Source: an uncultured Candidatus Saccharibacteria bacterium (GTDB lineage Bacteria > Patescibacteriota > Andersenbacteria > UBA10190). From it: DNA of 46,350 bases. Position numbers and translations under genes: made by a program. Shown here piece by piece: positions 9,048 through 17,665 of the stretch (position 1 is the first letter of the stretch; the number at the start of each line of letters is the position of its first letter). The notes under the pieces are model-generated. The model did not search any database. It was not told the DNA's origin and saw only the letters and a list, made by a program, of their open reading frames with translations. The stretch lies in the NCBI GenBank assembly GCA_964371255.1, contig CAYJKV010000002.1:196553-242902 (forward strand), in the 5' to 3' direction.

Positions 9048-10379
9048 TTATTTATGATGTACGTTCCCTACTACCCGTCGCCAAAAGCTAGAACTTATCT
9101 TTGGATCAATATGTTTTTCAAATAAACGCCAGTTGGGAAAAGATGACTGATACATGCTCGGCGACATCCGACTATCTTTAGAAGGATTAACCGCACCGCC
9201 ATGACTCATCACCAGTTCGTCCAGTTCATCCAACAGCTGCCTTGTTCGCAGCCTAACATTCATAAAGTCAATTGCTAAGACCAATCCGGGCCGTGGGAAC
9301 GATAACAAACCCGGCGATTTCACTTCCCCAAAATACTTCAGGGTTGATAAAAAGGACGCCTGCTCAGACGATGCCACTCTTGTTAATACTTCTTTAATCA
9401 CTGCTTCACATTTGTCACGCGGGATAACCACCTGGTACTGCAAAAAGCCGATTTTACCGTATACTAACTTCCAATCATCGACCACATCAAGCGGATAAAA
9501 GAATTTGTTGAAATGTACCTGCTTAAATGTTTTTGCACCAATACTTTTACGAAAAAACATTTCATTAAAAGCCCTCACGCTCCATTTATTTATCAGTTGG
9601 GGGGGGCCCGCTATCGGCCATCTGCCTTTTGCCCTATACCAGCTGCGCCATTCAGTTAAATCACTTGGCTGTCTGGCGTGGTTGCCGCGCATAAATAATC
9701 CACGTCCTAATTTCTTTCCCTTCGCCTGGCAGTCCAGCCAGGCCACAGTGTAATCAAAAGTTTTGTCTGATTCATCCGCTAAACCGAAAAAATCATCAAT
9801 GTTAGTCATTTTTATCACTTCTTCATCAATCAAAGGGCTAACAACTGGCACTAACTGTATTTCCGCCCACAAAATTACTCCGGTTAACCCCAGTCCGCCG
9901 ATCGTCGCTTGATATAGTTCCTGGTTTTTCTGCATTGAACATTCTATCTCTTCACCCGTGGATCGCAAAAGACCAAAACGCCCTACGTGACAGCCAAACG
10001 TTCCAGCCCGATGATGATTTTTGCCATGCACGTCGTTGGCAATCGCCCCCCCCACTGTCACGTACTTTGTGCCTGGAGTGACAGGCAAAAACCAACCGTA
10101 TGGTAATACCAGCTTTAATATATCGGCCAGGGTTACTCCAGCCTCACACGTTACTCTCCCCAGACTCGAATTCCACTCCACGAACCTATTCATCGCCCGT
10201 ATGTCCATCAAAGTCCCGTGATCATTCAAGCAAACATCACCTTGACTACGCCCTGCGCCGCGCGGTAAGCATGTTGCTTTCCCTCTGAAGATCTGCCTAA
10301 CGTCATCCGGCCAATAGATATTATTAATCTTTTGTGCGTCAGCGTTGGGATAATTACCCCAAGACTGGTAACTATTCAT
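9048..10379 (-). CDS. dprE1: FAD-dependent oxidase, DprE1-like (polyprenyl-phospho-ribose 2'-oxidase)
   Basis: By eye, several blocks match M. tuberculosis DprE1: GAGRSQGD, PGTKYVTVGGAIANDVHGKNHHRAGTFG, GFLQYQVVIP, SFLSTLKYFG, LLSFPRPG and SKDSRMS. Confidence 0.8.
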   Translation of the reverse strand: MNSYQSWGNYPNADAQKINNIYWPDDVRQIFRGKATCLPRGAGRSQGDVCLNDHGTLMDIRAMNRFVEWNSSLGRVTCEAGVTLADILKLVLPYGWFLPVTPGTKYVTVGGAIANDVHGKNHHRAGTFGCHVGRFGLLRSTGEEIECSMQKNQELYQATIGGLGLTGVILWAEIQLVPVVSPLIDEEVIKMTNIDDFFGLADESDKTFDYTVAWLDCQAKGKKLGRGLFMRGNHARQPSDLTEWRSWYRAKGRWPIAGPPQLINKWSVRAFNEMFFRKSIGAKTFKQVHFNKFFYPLDVVDDWKLVYGKIGFLQYQVVIPRDKCEAVIKEVLTRVASSEQASFLSTLKYFGEVKSPGLLSFPRPGLVLAIDFMNVRLRTRQLLDELDELVMSHGGAVNPSKDSRMSPSMYQSSFPNWRLFEKHIDPKISSSFWRRVVGNVHHK

Positions 10380-10380
10380 A

Positions 10381-11826
10381 CTAAATCGCTAATAAGGCTA
10401 AAATTATCGTCAATCCGATAATCCAATAATATATTGGGTCTCTTATAATATACATCACGGGATCACTATCTATCCTCCCTCGATATGCATTAAGCCAGCC
10501 TCGACTTACGCCATACAGCAGCAATAGAGCCACCAGCCACCAATAACCTGGGTGCCGGTATAATCTAGTAACTTGGGTGCTATTCAAATATAGGGCCATC
10601 ACTAATACGCCAAGATAGCCGCTTGTTATGCCCATTTGCCCCACTAAAGCCATGTCAGTTTTGTTATAACCGCGTCCGGATATATTCCCATTAGCTACCT
10701 CTAACTTCACTTGATATAACTCAATATATCTTTTCATTAAGGCACCACTTAATGCCAAAAATAAAATCAAGGCCATCAACCAATCCGATAAAACAACACT
10801 TGCAGCTGCTCCTCCTGCCATCACCCTTATTCCATATAAGACAGCGAGCAAAATAACGTCCAGCACCGCGACTTGCTTGGCTCCAAAAGAATAGATGATG
10901 TTCAAAATAAAATAGCACGCCATTATCCGAATAAATTCAAAGTTGTATTGCGCGGCGATTAACATCGCCCCGCCTAACAACAGCCCAACCAAAGTCATCG
11001 CCTGTTCAACCGATAACTGCCCCGCGGCCAACGGTCTATATTTTTTTACCGGATGGCGACGGTCGGCCTCCAAATCAAACATGTCATTAATCAAATAGAT
11101 CGCTGACGCCATCAAGCTGAATATCACTATTGCTCCCCCGACGCGCACTCCCACTGATAAACTGATTTGATGGTCCGCCAGCATGGGAATGAGCAACAAC
11201 AAATTTTTTACCCAATGATGAGGACGCATCGCTTTCCCGACTGTTCTAAACCATTGCGCCTGTGTCGGCCATACCCTTCCCAGACGCGCCACCTTTACTA
11301 TTCGCCCGCGTAATCGTCTACTATTAGTCACGACGTGGGCGACATAAGCTTTCTCCCAGACGGCTAAATCTCGTCGACTATTGCCAATGTATTCAAAACC
11401 GCGGGCACCAAATTTATTAATTAAGGCGTTTGCCTTGTTTCTACCTGATAAATTTGTTCCGTCCGAACTGCCCATTACCCCAGTAAACACCGTCAGGTGA
11501 TTCGCTACTTGACGCGCGACTCGGCTGTCGCTGGCCGTTACCAGCCATAACTCTCTGCCCAGCTTTTTCTGTCTCTTTAGAAAATCAAGCACCGCTGGAT
11601 TATAAGGTAGCGTCTCAACACTGATTTGTACGTGGCTTGTTATCTGTTCTTTAAAATAAGCCTTCCCTCTCCTTAACCACCAGATACTTTTTATTATCGC
11701 ACCAGCATCGCGTCTAACTAGGCGCAACCATAACTCAATGAGGGTATCTGTTTTTACTAAAGTACCATCTAAATCGACGGCAATCGGTTTATTCCCATTA
11801 ACCTGCGGCGACGGATGATCAGCCAT
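10381..11826 (-). CDS. Fusion of an N-terminal HAD phosphatase with a C-terminal UbiA-family polyprenyl-phosphate phosphoribosyltransferase (Rv3806c-like)
   Basis: HAD motifs are present: I VDLDGTL, II LVTASD and IV IGNSRRD. The UbiA domain begins near residue 200 and carries the Asp-rich motif YLINDMFDLEADRRHPVKKYRPLAAG plus about 8 TM segments. Confidence 0.8.
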   Translation of the reverse strand: MADHPSPQVNGNKPIAVDLDGTLVKTDTLIELWLRLVRRDAGAIIKSIWWLRRGKAYFKEQITSHVQISVETLPYNPAVLDFLKRQKKLGRELWLVTASDSRVARQVANHLTVFTGVMGSSDGTNLSGRNKANALINKFGARGFEYIGNSRRDLAVWEKAYVAHVVTNSRRLRGRIVKVARLGRVWPTQAQWFRTVGKAMRPHHWVKNLLLLIPMLADHQISLSVGVRVGGAIVIFSLMASAIYLINDMFDLEADRRHPVKKYRPLAAGQLSVEQAMTLVGLLLGGAMLIAAQYNFEFIRIMACYFILNIIYSFGAKQVAVLDVILLAVLYGIRVMAGGAAASVVLSDWLMALILFLALSGALMKRYIELYQVKLEVANGNISGRGYNKTDMALVGQMGITSGYLGVLVMALYLNSTQVTRLYRHPGYWWLVALLLLYGVSRGWLNAYRGRIDSDPVMYIIRDPIYYWIIGLTIILALLAI

Positions 11827-12797
11827 AACGCTCCTCCTAACCCCAAACCAACAGCCCCCGCTGCTGCGCCGATAATGTATGCCGATGGTATTTTATCAGG
11901 ATTATTTTCATTATTAGTAACAGTTGGTTTGAGCCCACTTTTCAGCAGCGCATTATCCGTTCTCTCAAAACTTAGCACCTGGCTCGCCGCTAAGGTCTTA
12001 CCATCAACACTAACTGCTGCAGCATAAATTTTATAGCTGCCAGTGTCAAGCGTGTCACCACTGACATATATAAACCGTCCCGTCATGTCTGTCCGCGTTA
12101 CCCATAACTTATTTTCTCCGCCAATCATTATTAAAGCCACTAAACTGTTATTCGGACCGGTCCCAGTGACCGTTAACCGCTCTTGGTCCCCGCTATCGCC
12201 CAGCCTTAAACCTGTCACTAAGTAAATATCATCACCAACACCGCTTGGCTCTGTATATGTTATTTTGTCACCAGGAGAAGGTATTAGAGGATTGTAGCCC
12301 CGTACAACTTCAATCCCGTCTGCATAACCATCATGATCCGTATCTGGATCATTAGCATTAGTCATTAAGTTTATTTCATCGCTATCACTCAGTCCGTCCT
12401 GATCGCGGTCCAAGCTGCTTGCCAACAAGGGGAAAGGCAGATCTGACACTTGTACTGCCGGTGCGACTGAAATTGCTGGACTAGGTAACACGCTCGCCGC
12501 ATTTCTGCTCTCCATCAGCTGCTGCACCAAATTTACATTGCCTGTTCGCTGGGCTGCCTCCAAGGCCCGCTGATAACTGTCTATCAGTTCATTACTTGCC
12601 TTATCTTCTGCCCCTGGTACAACCACCTGTTGCGTCGCTGCTTCCGGCTGTACCTCATCATGTACATCAAAATCATCGTGCGCCAGCACACCCGTCGCTA
12701 CCACTAATCCGCCTCCGATAATAATTAGTCGCCATTTTATCACTCCTTCATTATGGCGCCGAAAAGCCATACCGCCAAATTCGGTTCCTACTACCAT
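11769..12797 (-). CDS. Secreted, C-terminally anchored surface protein with thrombospondin type-3-like calcium-binding repeats
   Basis: A signal-like N-terminus runs from MAFRRH..IIIGGGLVVATGVLA. Asp-rich repeats DRDQDGLSDSDE..NDPDTDHDGYADG are followed by a beta-rich domain. A C-terminal TM helix carries an RRRR tail. The 3' end overlaps the downstream gene by 58 nt. Confidence 0.6.
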   Translation of the reverse strand: MVVGTEFGGMAFRRHNEGVIKWRLIIIGGGLVVATGVLAHDDFDVHDEVQPEAATQQVVVPGAEDKASNELIDSYQRALEAAQRTGNVNLVQQLMESRNAASVLPSPAISVAPAVQVSDLPFPLLASSLDRDQDGLSDSDEINLMTNANDPDTDHDGYADGIEVVRGYNPLIPSPGDKITYTEPSGVGDDIYLVTGLRLGDSGDQERLTVTGTGPNNSLVALIMIGGENKLWVTRTDMTGRFIYVSGDTLDTGSYKIYAAAVSVDGKTLAASQVLSFERTDNALLKSGLKPTVTNNENNPDKIPSAYIIGAAAGAVGLGLGGALWLIIRRRRLMGINRLPSI

Positions 12798-12816
12798 TTC
12801 AGCTGCTCACTCACTA

Positions 12817-14949
12817 CTAGCGCTGTAGCGACTCGCTAAACCGATACGCTATATCAAAATTTTCGCGCAGCCACTTTTCCGTATTGCCTTCCTGTCCTTC
12901 GCGCGGCCGCCACACCATCTGCCCTTCTAATAAATCAATCATTGAAAAAAGTACAGTAACGGCATTGCCGGGGTGAGACTTGGGGCTAGTCAGCGACAAA
13001 TAAAATTCTTCCCCCTGGCTGTTGTCTAAGGCCGCAAAGTCAAACTGATGCCACGCCATATCTTCTATTTCGCTGGCGTTCACCTTGACGGTACGCAGTA
13101 TATTGTCATTAATTTTCTTTCGTATACTCAGCACCAGCTCTTGATTGTTTTGTCGGCCGCTAAAATTAGCCAAGCCAATCTCTACCCCGCTCCAGTTACT
13201 TGGTGCTTTAACGATTTGACCCACTTCCATGTCCCCATAAAGCTCACCGACGTTATTCAAGAAATATTTCAAGCCAATCACGTTATATATCCAAGCATAT
13301 TCTTTACCGCCAATCATTATGACGTGCTCCGGCACTTGGTCCTCATATTCTTTCAGGATATCAGCCGCCTCATTATCCCCGCCTCGTCCGTACATATTGC
13401 GGTATGTTACGACATACCCAACTCGATCATCGTGGCGGGAACTTAAACCCATCGTTTTCCCTTTAAAATATGTTCGCATGACCCCCGGATACCACGACGC
13501 GACAGTCAACCTTTCGCCCAAATTATGGTCGTTTAACCACCGAGCTGCCGCGTCCAGCCCTTCCCCCCACCCTTGCGTGCTAAGCGGTCGAACATTAAAC
13601 AATGGATTGTTATAGGCGATATTATAGGGCATCCATGTCATGGGTTGGGCTAGAAGAACAACTACCAACAAACCCACTATGATTTTGGGCTGCTTAGTTA
13701 TTCGTCGCCATCCTAACTTTTTATTCATACCCATGCCCGCTATTACGAGACCAACTGCGGCCAATAACGGCATTGTCACTAAAGCCGGCAGCGCGTATCG
13801 GTCAGCCTTTTTTGCCAAAACCGAAATGACTGCCAAGTACCCGGCACTATAAACAATCAACCAACCAATGGTTCGGACCGTTATATAAGCAGCTGACTTA
13901 CTCTGACCGTCGTGCCGACCCATCATTCCCGCCACGTGCCGCCAAATCAATTCCTGTGCGAAGTACCGCAACCAGACTACCGCCATCCCTAAAGCTATCA
14001 TCAGTACCAAAGGCGATGTCCGTCCTAAAACTGTCCGGCCATAATAACTTATTGGTTCTATTAACTCCTCTCCTTCCTCCAAGGTAATGTGCTCTTGCGT
14101 AGCAATTGACACCACATCCCGCTCATAATAATCATTTAAATTTGTCTTGACCCAAAGCGCCGGCCAAACCATATAAAAGGTCGTCACGGCTACGCCCACA
14201 AAAAACACATATTGCCGAATGGTCATTCTCGCCTCTTGGCGCAGCCGCGGCCAATCACGCTGCTTGATAGCTCTTATAAACCAGCCGTATTGCCCCTTAA
14301 TAATGCCCGCGCTGACGATCAACAGCCAAAGGGACGGTAATAATTTAGTGGCCCACGCTAAACCGGTCATTATTCCCGCCATCACCAGCCATCGCCATTT
14401 TAAGTGCTCGATAAAAAGTAATAAACAAAGGATCGCCGCCAACATAAACATCGCCAACAGCATATCAACGTGAACTATTTGACTCATGCCTACTAGGTAT
14501 GGCTCGACGGCTAACAAAATTCCCGCCCACATTCCGACAGTCTTACCCATTAACAGCGCTGATAAATAAGTTATGAAGCCAATCAACAAAGCAGCGGCCA
14601 TCACCATCGGCACCGTGCTCACCAAGCGGAAATCATTGAGGTTAGACGTGTCTACGCCAGCCCCCAACCGTTTTTCTTGCATATAAATTCCTGCCCCGGC
14701 TAGCCATTGGGTCGTCGCGCCCGGATGGGTCGTGGTAAACGTTCCACCCGGATCTTTTTTATCGAACAGCTTATTATAAAATTCACCGCTGCGCGTCATC
14801 CAAACCTCTTCATCCACCGTCATAAAAGTACCAACTCCGGCCAGTCGTAAAACAAAAGCCAGTAATATAACAATGATTACCACCCCGCCGAGCCTGCTCT
14901 TCTCGGACAATTTCGCCATCAACCGCTTTCTCAAGCCAGTGAGGTTCAT
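12817..14949 (-). CDS. GT-C fold membrane glycosyltransferase (ArnT/PMT-like) with a large C-terminal extracytoplasmic domain
   Basis: The 710-aa protein carries TVDEEVW..THPGATTQWLAG, KKADRYALP and GWGEGLDAAARWLN..TVASWYP. It belongs to the same subfamily as 1864..3333 and 1..1163. Confidence 0.8.
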   Translation of the reverse strand: MNLTGLRKRLMAKLSEKSRLGGVVIIVILLAFVLRLAGVGTFMTVDEEVWMTRSGEFYNKLFDKKDPGGTFTTTHPGATTQWLAGAGIYMQEKRLGAGVDTSNLNDFRLVSTVPMVMAAALLIGFITYLSALLMGKTVGMWAGILLAVEPYLVGMSQIVHVDMLLAMFMLAAILCLLLFIEHLKWRWLVMAGIMTGLAWATKLLPSLWLLIVSAGIIKGQYGWFIRAIKQRDWPRLRQEARMTIRQYVFFVGVAVTTFYMVWPALWVKTNLNDYYERDVVSIATQEHITLEEGEELIEPISYYGRTVLGRTSPLVLMIALGMAVVWLRYFAQELIWRHVAGMMGRHDGQSKSAAYITVRTIGWLIVYSAGYLAVISVLAKKADRYALPALVTMPLLAAVGLVIAGMGMNKKLGWRRITKQPKIIVGLLVVVLLAQPMTWMPYNIAYNNPLFNVRPLSTQGWGEGLDAAARWLNDHNLGERLTVASWYPGVMRTYFKGKTMGLSSRHDDRVGYVVTYRNMYGRGGDNEAADILKEYEDQVPEHVIMIGGKEYAWIYNVIGLKYFLNNVGELYGDMEVGQIVKAPSNWSGVEIGLANFSGRQNNQELVLSIRKKINDNILRTVKVNASEIEDMAWHQFDFAALDNSQGEEFYLSLTSPKSHPGNAVTVLFSMIDLLEGQMVWRPREGQEGNTEKWLRENFDIAYRFSESLQR

Positions 14950-14957
14950 ACCTGAAA

Positions 14958-17621
14958 TTAATGGTTGGTCTTTCTTTGGTAAAAGGTCATCGTGTTAGAG
15001 CCGTTTTCGATCCCCTTAACCGCCTGCCAATCTCGCTCAAGACCGGCCTCAATTTCCTGGTACTCCATCAGGAAAGAAAAACCTGTTTGCTGCTCTAACA
15101 AAAACCAATTTGCGTCGCGATAGGCCTGCAGCATCTCCTCTACCGCTGGCAAAAAAGTGCTAATGCGGCTAGTATCCTCCCTGGTGAATCCATAGGCATA
15201 CCAGCGTGGGTGCGCGATATCCAAGGACACTTCATGCCCAGATAGAAAAGGCACGGCCGCGGCGCCAGTAAATATCGGTTCACTCAACGGAATATTATCT
15301 GTCGCCCACGCCGCTGCTTCCTGTAACGAGTTCAATCCAAACGTACCCGTATGTTCATGAACGAAAGTCATATAGTTAGACACAAACATTGACCAGCTTA
15401 GAACCAACACAAACCCAATCGCTAACACCGCTTGGCCTGTTTTATTAATCAGTTTATTATGACTGACCTGTCCTTGCCCAAGTCGGTGCCACACTTCAGG
15501 TATGGCCACTCCGCCTATGATCACCAGCGGCGGTAAAAATTCGCCAAGGTAATTAGCGTGGAATTTTATCCAATTTTGATAGAAAAATATCAATCCGCCT
15601 ATCCACACCACGGGCAATACCCAGCCGATCAAATCCATGCCCGCTCCGCTTGCCTCTCCTCCGTCATCCGCTCCATCACCGCTGATTTGCGCGCCACTAT
15701 TATCTTCTTCACCAATAGTTTCTTGAGCCCCTGATTCCGCTCCTTTCATCTTGGCAGTTGTTTTTTTTGCCTTTTTTAAGATGAAGCCGGACGGCCACGC
15801 CGCCATCAAAACGATCACCGCCAACATACCCCACCACACCCACTCCATACCAAACAGCATTAGGCTGCTGCCCTCATACTCCTTAAAAAACGACCATGCC
15901 CAGCTATAAACCAATAACGGTATAATCCACGCTAATTTCTGCCAGGCGTTCAACCGCCAACCTGCGCCATTCTGCAGCCACTCGACCCTGATCAACCAAT
16001 TAGTGATCAACCGCTCGCCCGCTAAACCCAAGCCCAGCACTGCCAGCATTATCAGCGGCAAGGACTCCCGGAAGAAGGGGGTCATGCCTCGAATGGAATA
16101 TGCCCGCACTTGCTCAAGCTCTGACTCCTCCACGGCATTCATGCCATCCTCGGCTGAGTTAAATCCCGCGGCCTCCCAAAACCCTTCCTGACCGTAAATC
16201 AAGGTCGCCACACCTAAAAATAATACCACCACTATCACAAAACCGCTGCCTATCAATAATAGACTTTGCAGTTTTTGCCGAACCGTTTTAATGCCAATTG
16301 ATACCACGAATAAGGGCACCAGGCCCAACGCTAACACGCTCTTGCGCGACACTACGCCCAAGCCCAAAAGAGCACCCGCGCCTATCAGCCATAACATCCC
16401 CTTAATCTTTTCCGCCTTTTCCATCCTCCTTTGGCCCGCCCCAACATGCCTCACTGCTACTAATAATGCCGCTATCCCGGACACGGCAAACCAGGTGGCA
16501 AGCGGTTGCGTATGGATGTAGATATTAAACACTATGGTCACCCCGGACAAAGCCCACAACGCCGCTGCTGCCGTTCCAATCTTTTTACTCCATAATTCTC
16601 GCCCGATAATGTATATCGGCCAGATCGTCAGTGCGCCAATTACCACGGACGATAAACGGCCAACGATAATTTTGTTGCCCCCAATCCATTCCCATAAAGC
16701 AATCCACAACACGACCAGCGGGGCTTTCACATACCCGTCTCCCCCGGCTAACTTACCTTTGAGTAATGTCGCAGCGTCATACAGATAATTGCCTTCGTCA
16801 TTCGTTAAAGGCAACTCGATCGCATATAAAATCCGTGCGATTACTGCCAACACCAATAATATTATGAGCCATCCCATCGTTCCTTCCCGTAATACTAATC
16901 CCCGCGTTCTACCCGTCCTGACAGTCACCGCCAGGCTGATCGCGATTAATAACACTGCTTGCAGCGCTACCTTGCCCCACAACCCATACGTAGCCCTGGT
17001 GTCCTGCCACGTGTCTCGAAAATATCTCACCGTCTGTCGGCTCCAGCTGTTTATCGCCACATAGCCTGGGACTCGGTATGTCGTGCCAAACGCTACGTCT
17101 ATATGAGGCTTCCCTCCCGCTGCTAATCCTGCGCTAGTCACATCATCCATCGCCCTCCTCATTATATAGGCCGATCCAAAATGATAGGGGTCTCTGTTAT
17201 CGATATCCACGGTCACTGTCTGCCCGGCCTTTCCTTCCGGCGCTTCCACCATAAATAAAAATGTCACGTCTTTAGCCGTTGCCACCGGCTCAAAACTGAA
17301 CTGGTATTGTTGGTTGTCTCCCACTTCATCCACTGACACTAAGGCTTCCCGCACAATTTCCGATAAATTATCTAATCGCCTTAAGGTCAGGCGCACCTGT
17401 CCGGTGTTCGCTCGGCCAGAATAAGTGGCAAACATGACCGACACACTTGATAAATTATCTCGCTCACCGACTATCGTTTGGCCAATCGTTACTCCTGCTA
17501 TCATTTCCCCGACATTACCCGTGTAACCATCCACCTCTTGCCCATCCAGCTGCACGGAGCCAAGCCACAGTGCTAACCCCAATATGACTAGCCCCACTAG
17601 ACTTATAAATCCAACTTTCAT
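14958..17621 (-). CDS. Large GT-C fold membrane glycosyltransferase with an N-terminal extracytoplasmic domain
   Basis: The 887-aa protein has a signal anchor followed by about 200 aa of soluble domain. The polytopic core carries the first-loop motif LPLTNDEGNYLYD. It also has an acidic Gly/Asp-rich loop (GEEDNSGAQISGDGADDGGEASGAG) and a C-terminal soluble domain. Confidence 0.65.
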   Translation of the reverse strand: MKVGFISLVGLVILGLALWLGSVQLDGQEVDGYTGNVGEMIAGVTIGQTIVGERDNLSSVSVMFATYSGRANTGQVRLTLRRLDNLSEIVREALVSVDEVGDNQQYQFSFEPVATAKDVTFLFMVEAPEGKAGQTVTVDIDNRDPYHFGSAYIMRRAMDDVTSAGLAAGGKPHIDVAFGTTYRVPGYVAINSWSRQTVRYFRDTWQDTRATYGLWGKVALQAVLLIAISLAVTVRTGRTRGLVLREGTMGWLIILLVLAVIARILYAIELPLTNDEGNYLYDAATLLKGKLAGGDGYVKAPLVVLWIALWEWIGGNKIIVGRLSSVVIGALTIWPIYIIGRELWSKKIGTAAAALWALSGVTIVFNIYIHTQPLATWFAVSGIAALLVAVRHVGAGQRRMEKAEKIKGMLWLIGAGALLGLGVVSRKSVLALGLVPLFVVSIGIKTVRQKLQSLLLIGSGFVIVVVLFLGVATLIYGQEGFWEAAGFNSAEDGMNAVEESELEQVRAYSIRGMTPFFRESLPLIMLAVLGLGLAGERLITNWLIRVEWLQNGAGWRLNAWQKLAWIIPLLVYSWAWSFFKEYEGSSLMLFGMEWVWWGMLAVIVLMAAWPSGFILKKAKKTTAKMKGAESGAQETIGEEDNSGAQISGDGADDGGEASGAGMDLIGWVLPVVWIGGLIFFYQNWIKFHANYLGEFLPPLVIIGGVAIPEVWHRLGQGQVSHNKLINKTGQAVLAIGFVLVLSWSMFVSNYMTFVHEHTGTFGLNSLQEAAAWATDNIPLSEPIFTGAAAVPFLSGHEVSLDIAHPRWYAYGFTREDTSRISTFLPAVEEMLQAYRDANWFLLEQQTGFSFLMEYQEIEAGLERDWQAVKGIENGSNTMTFYQRKTNH

Positions 17622-17665
17622 ATCTTTAACTATACTATGTTCTAGTTGAAGTTATCTTGCCTGAC

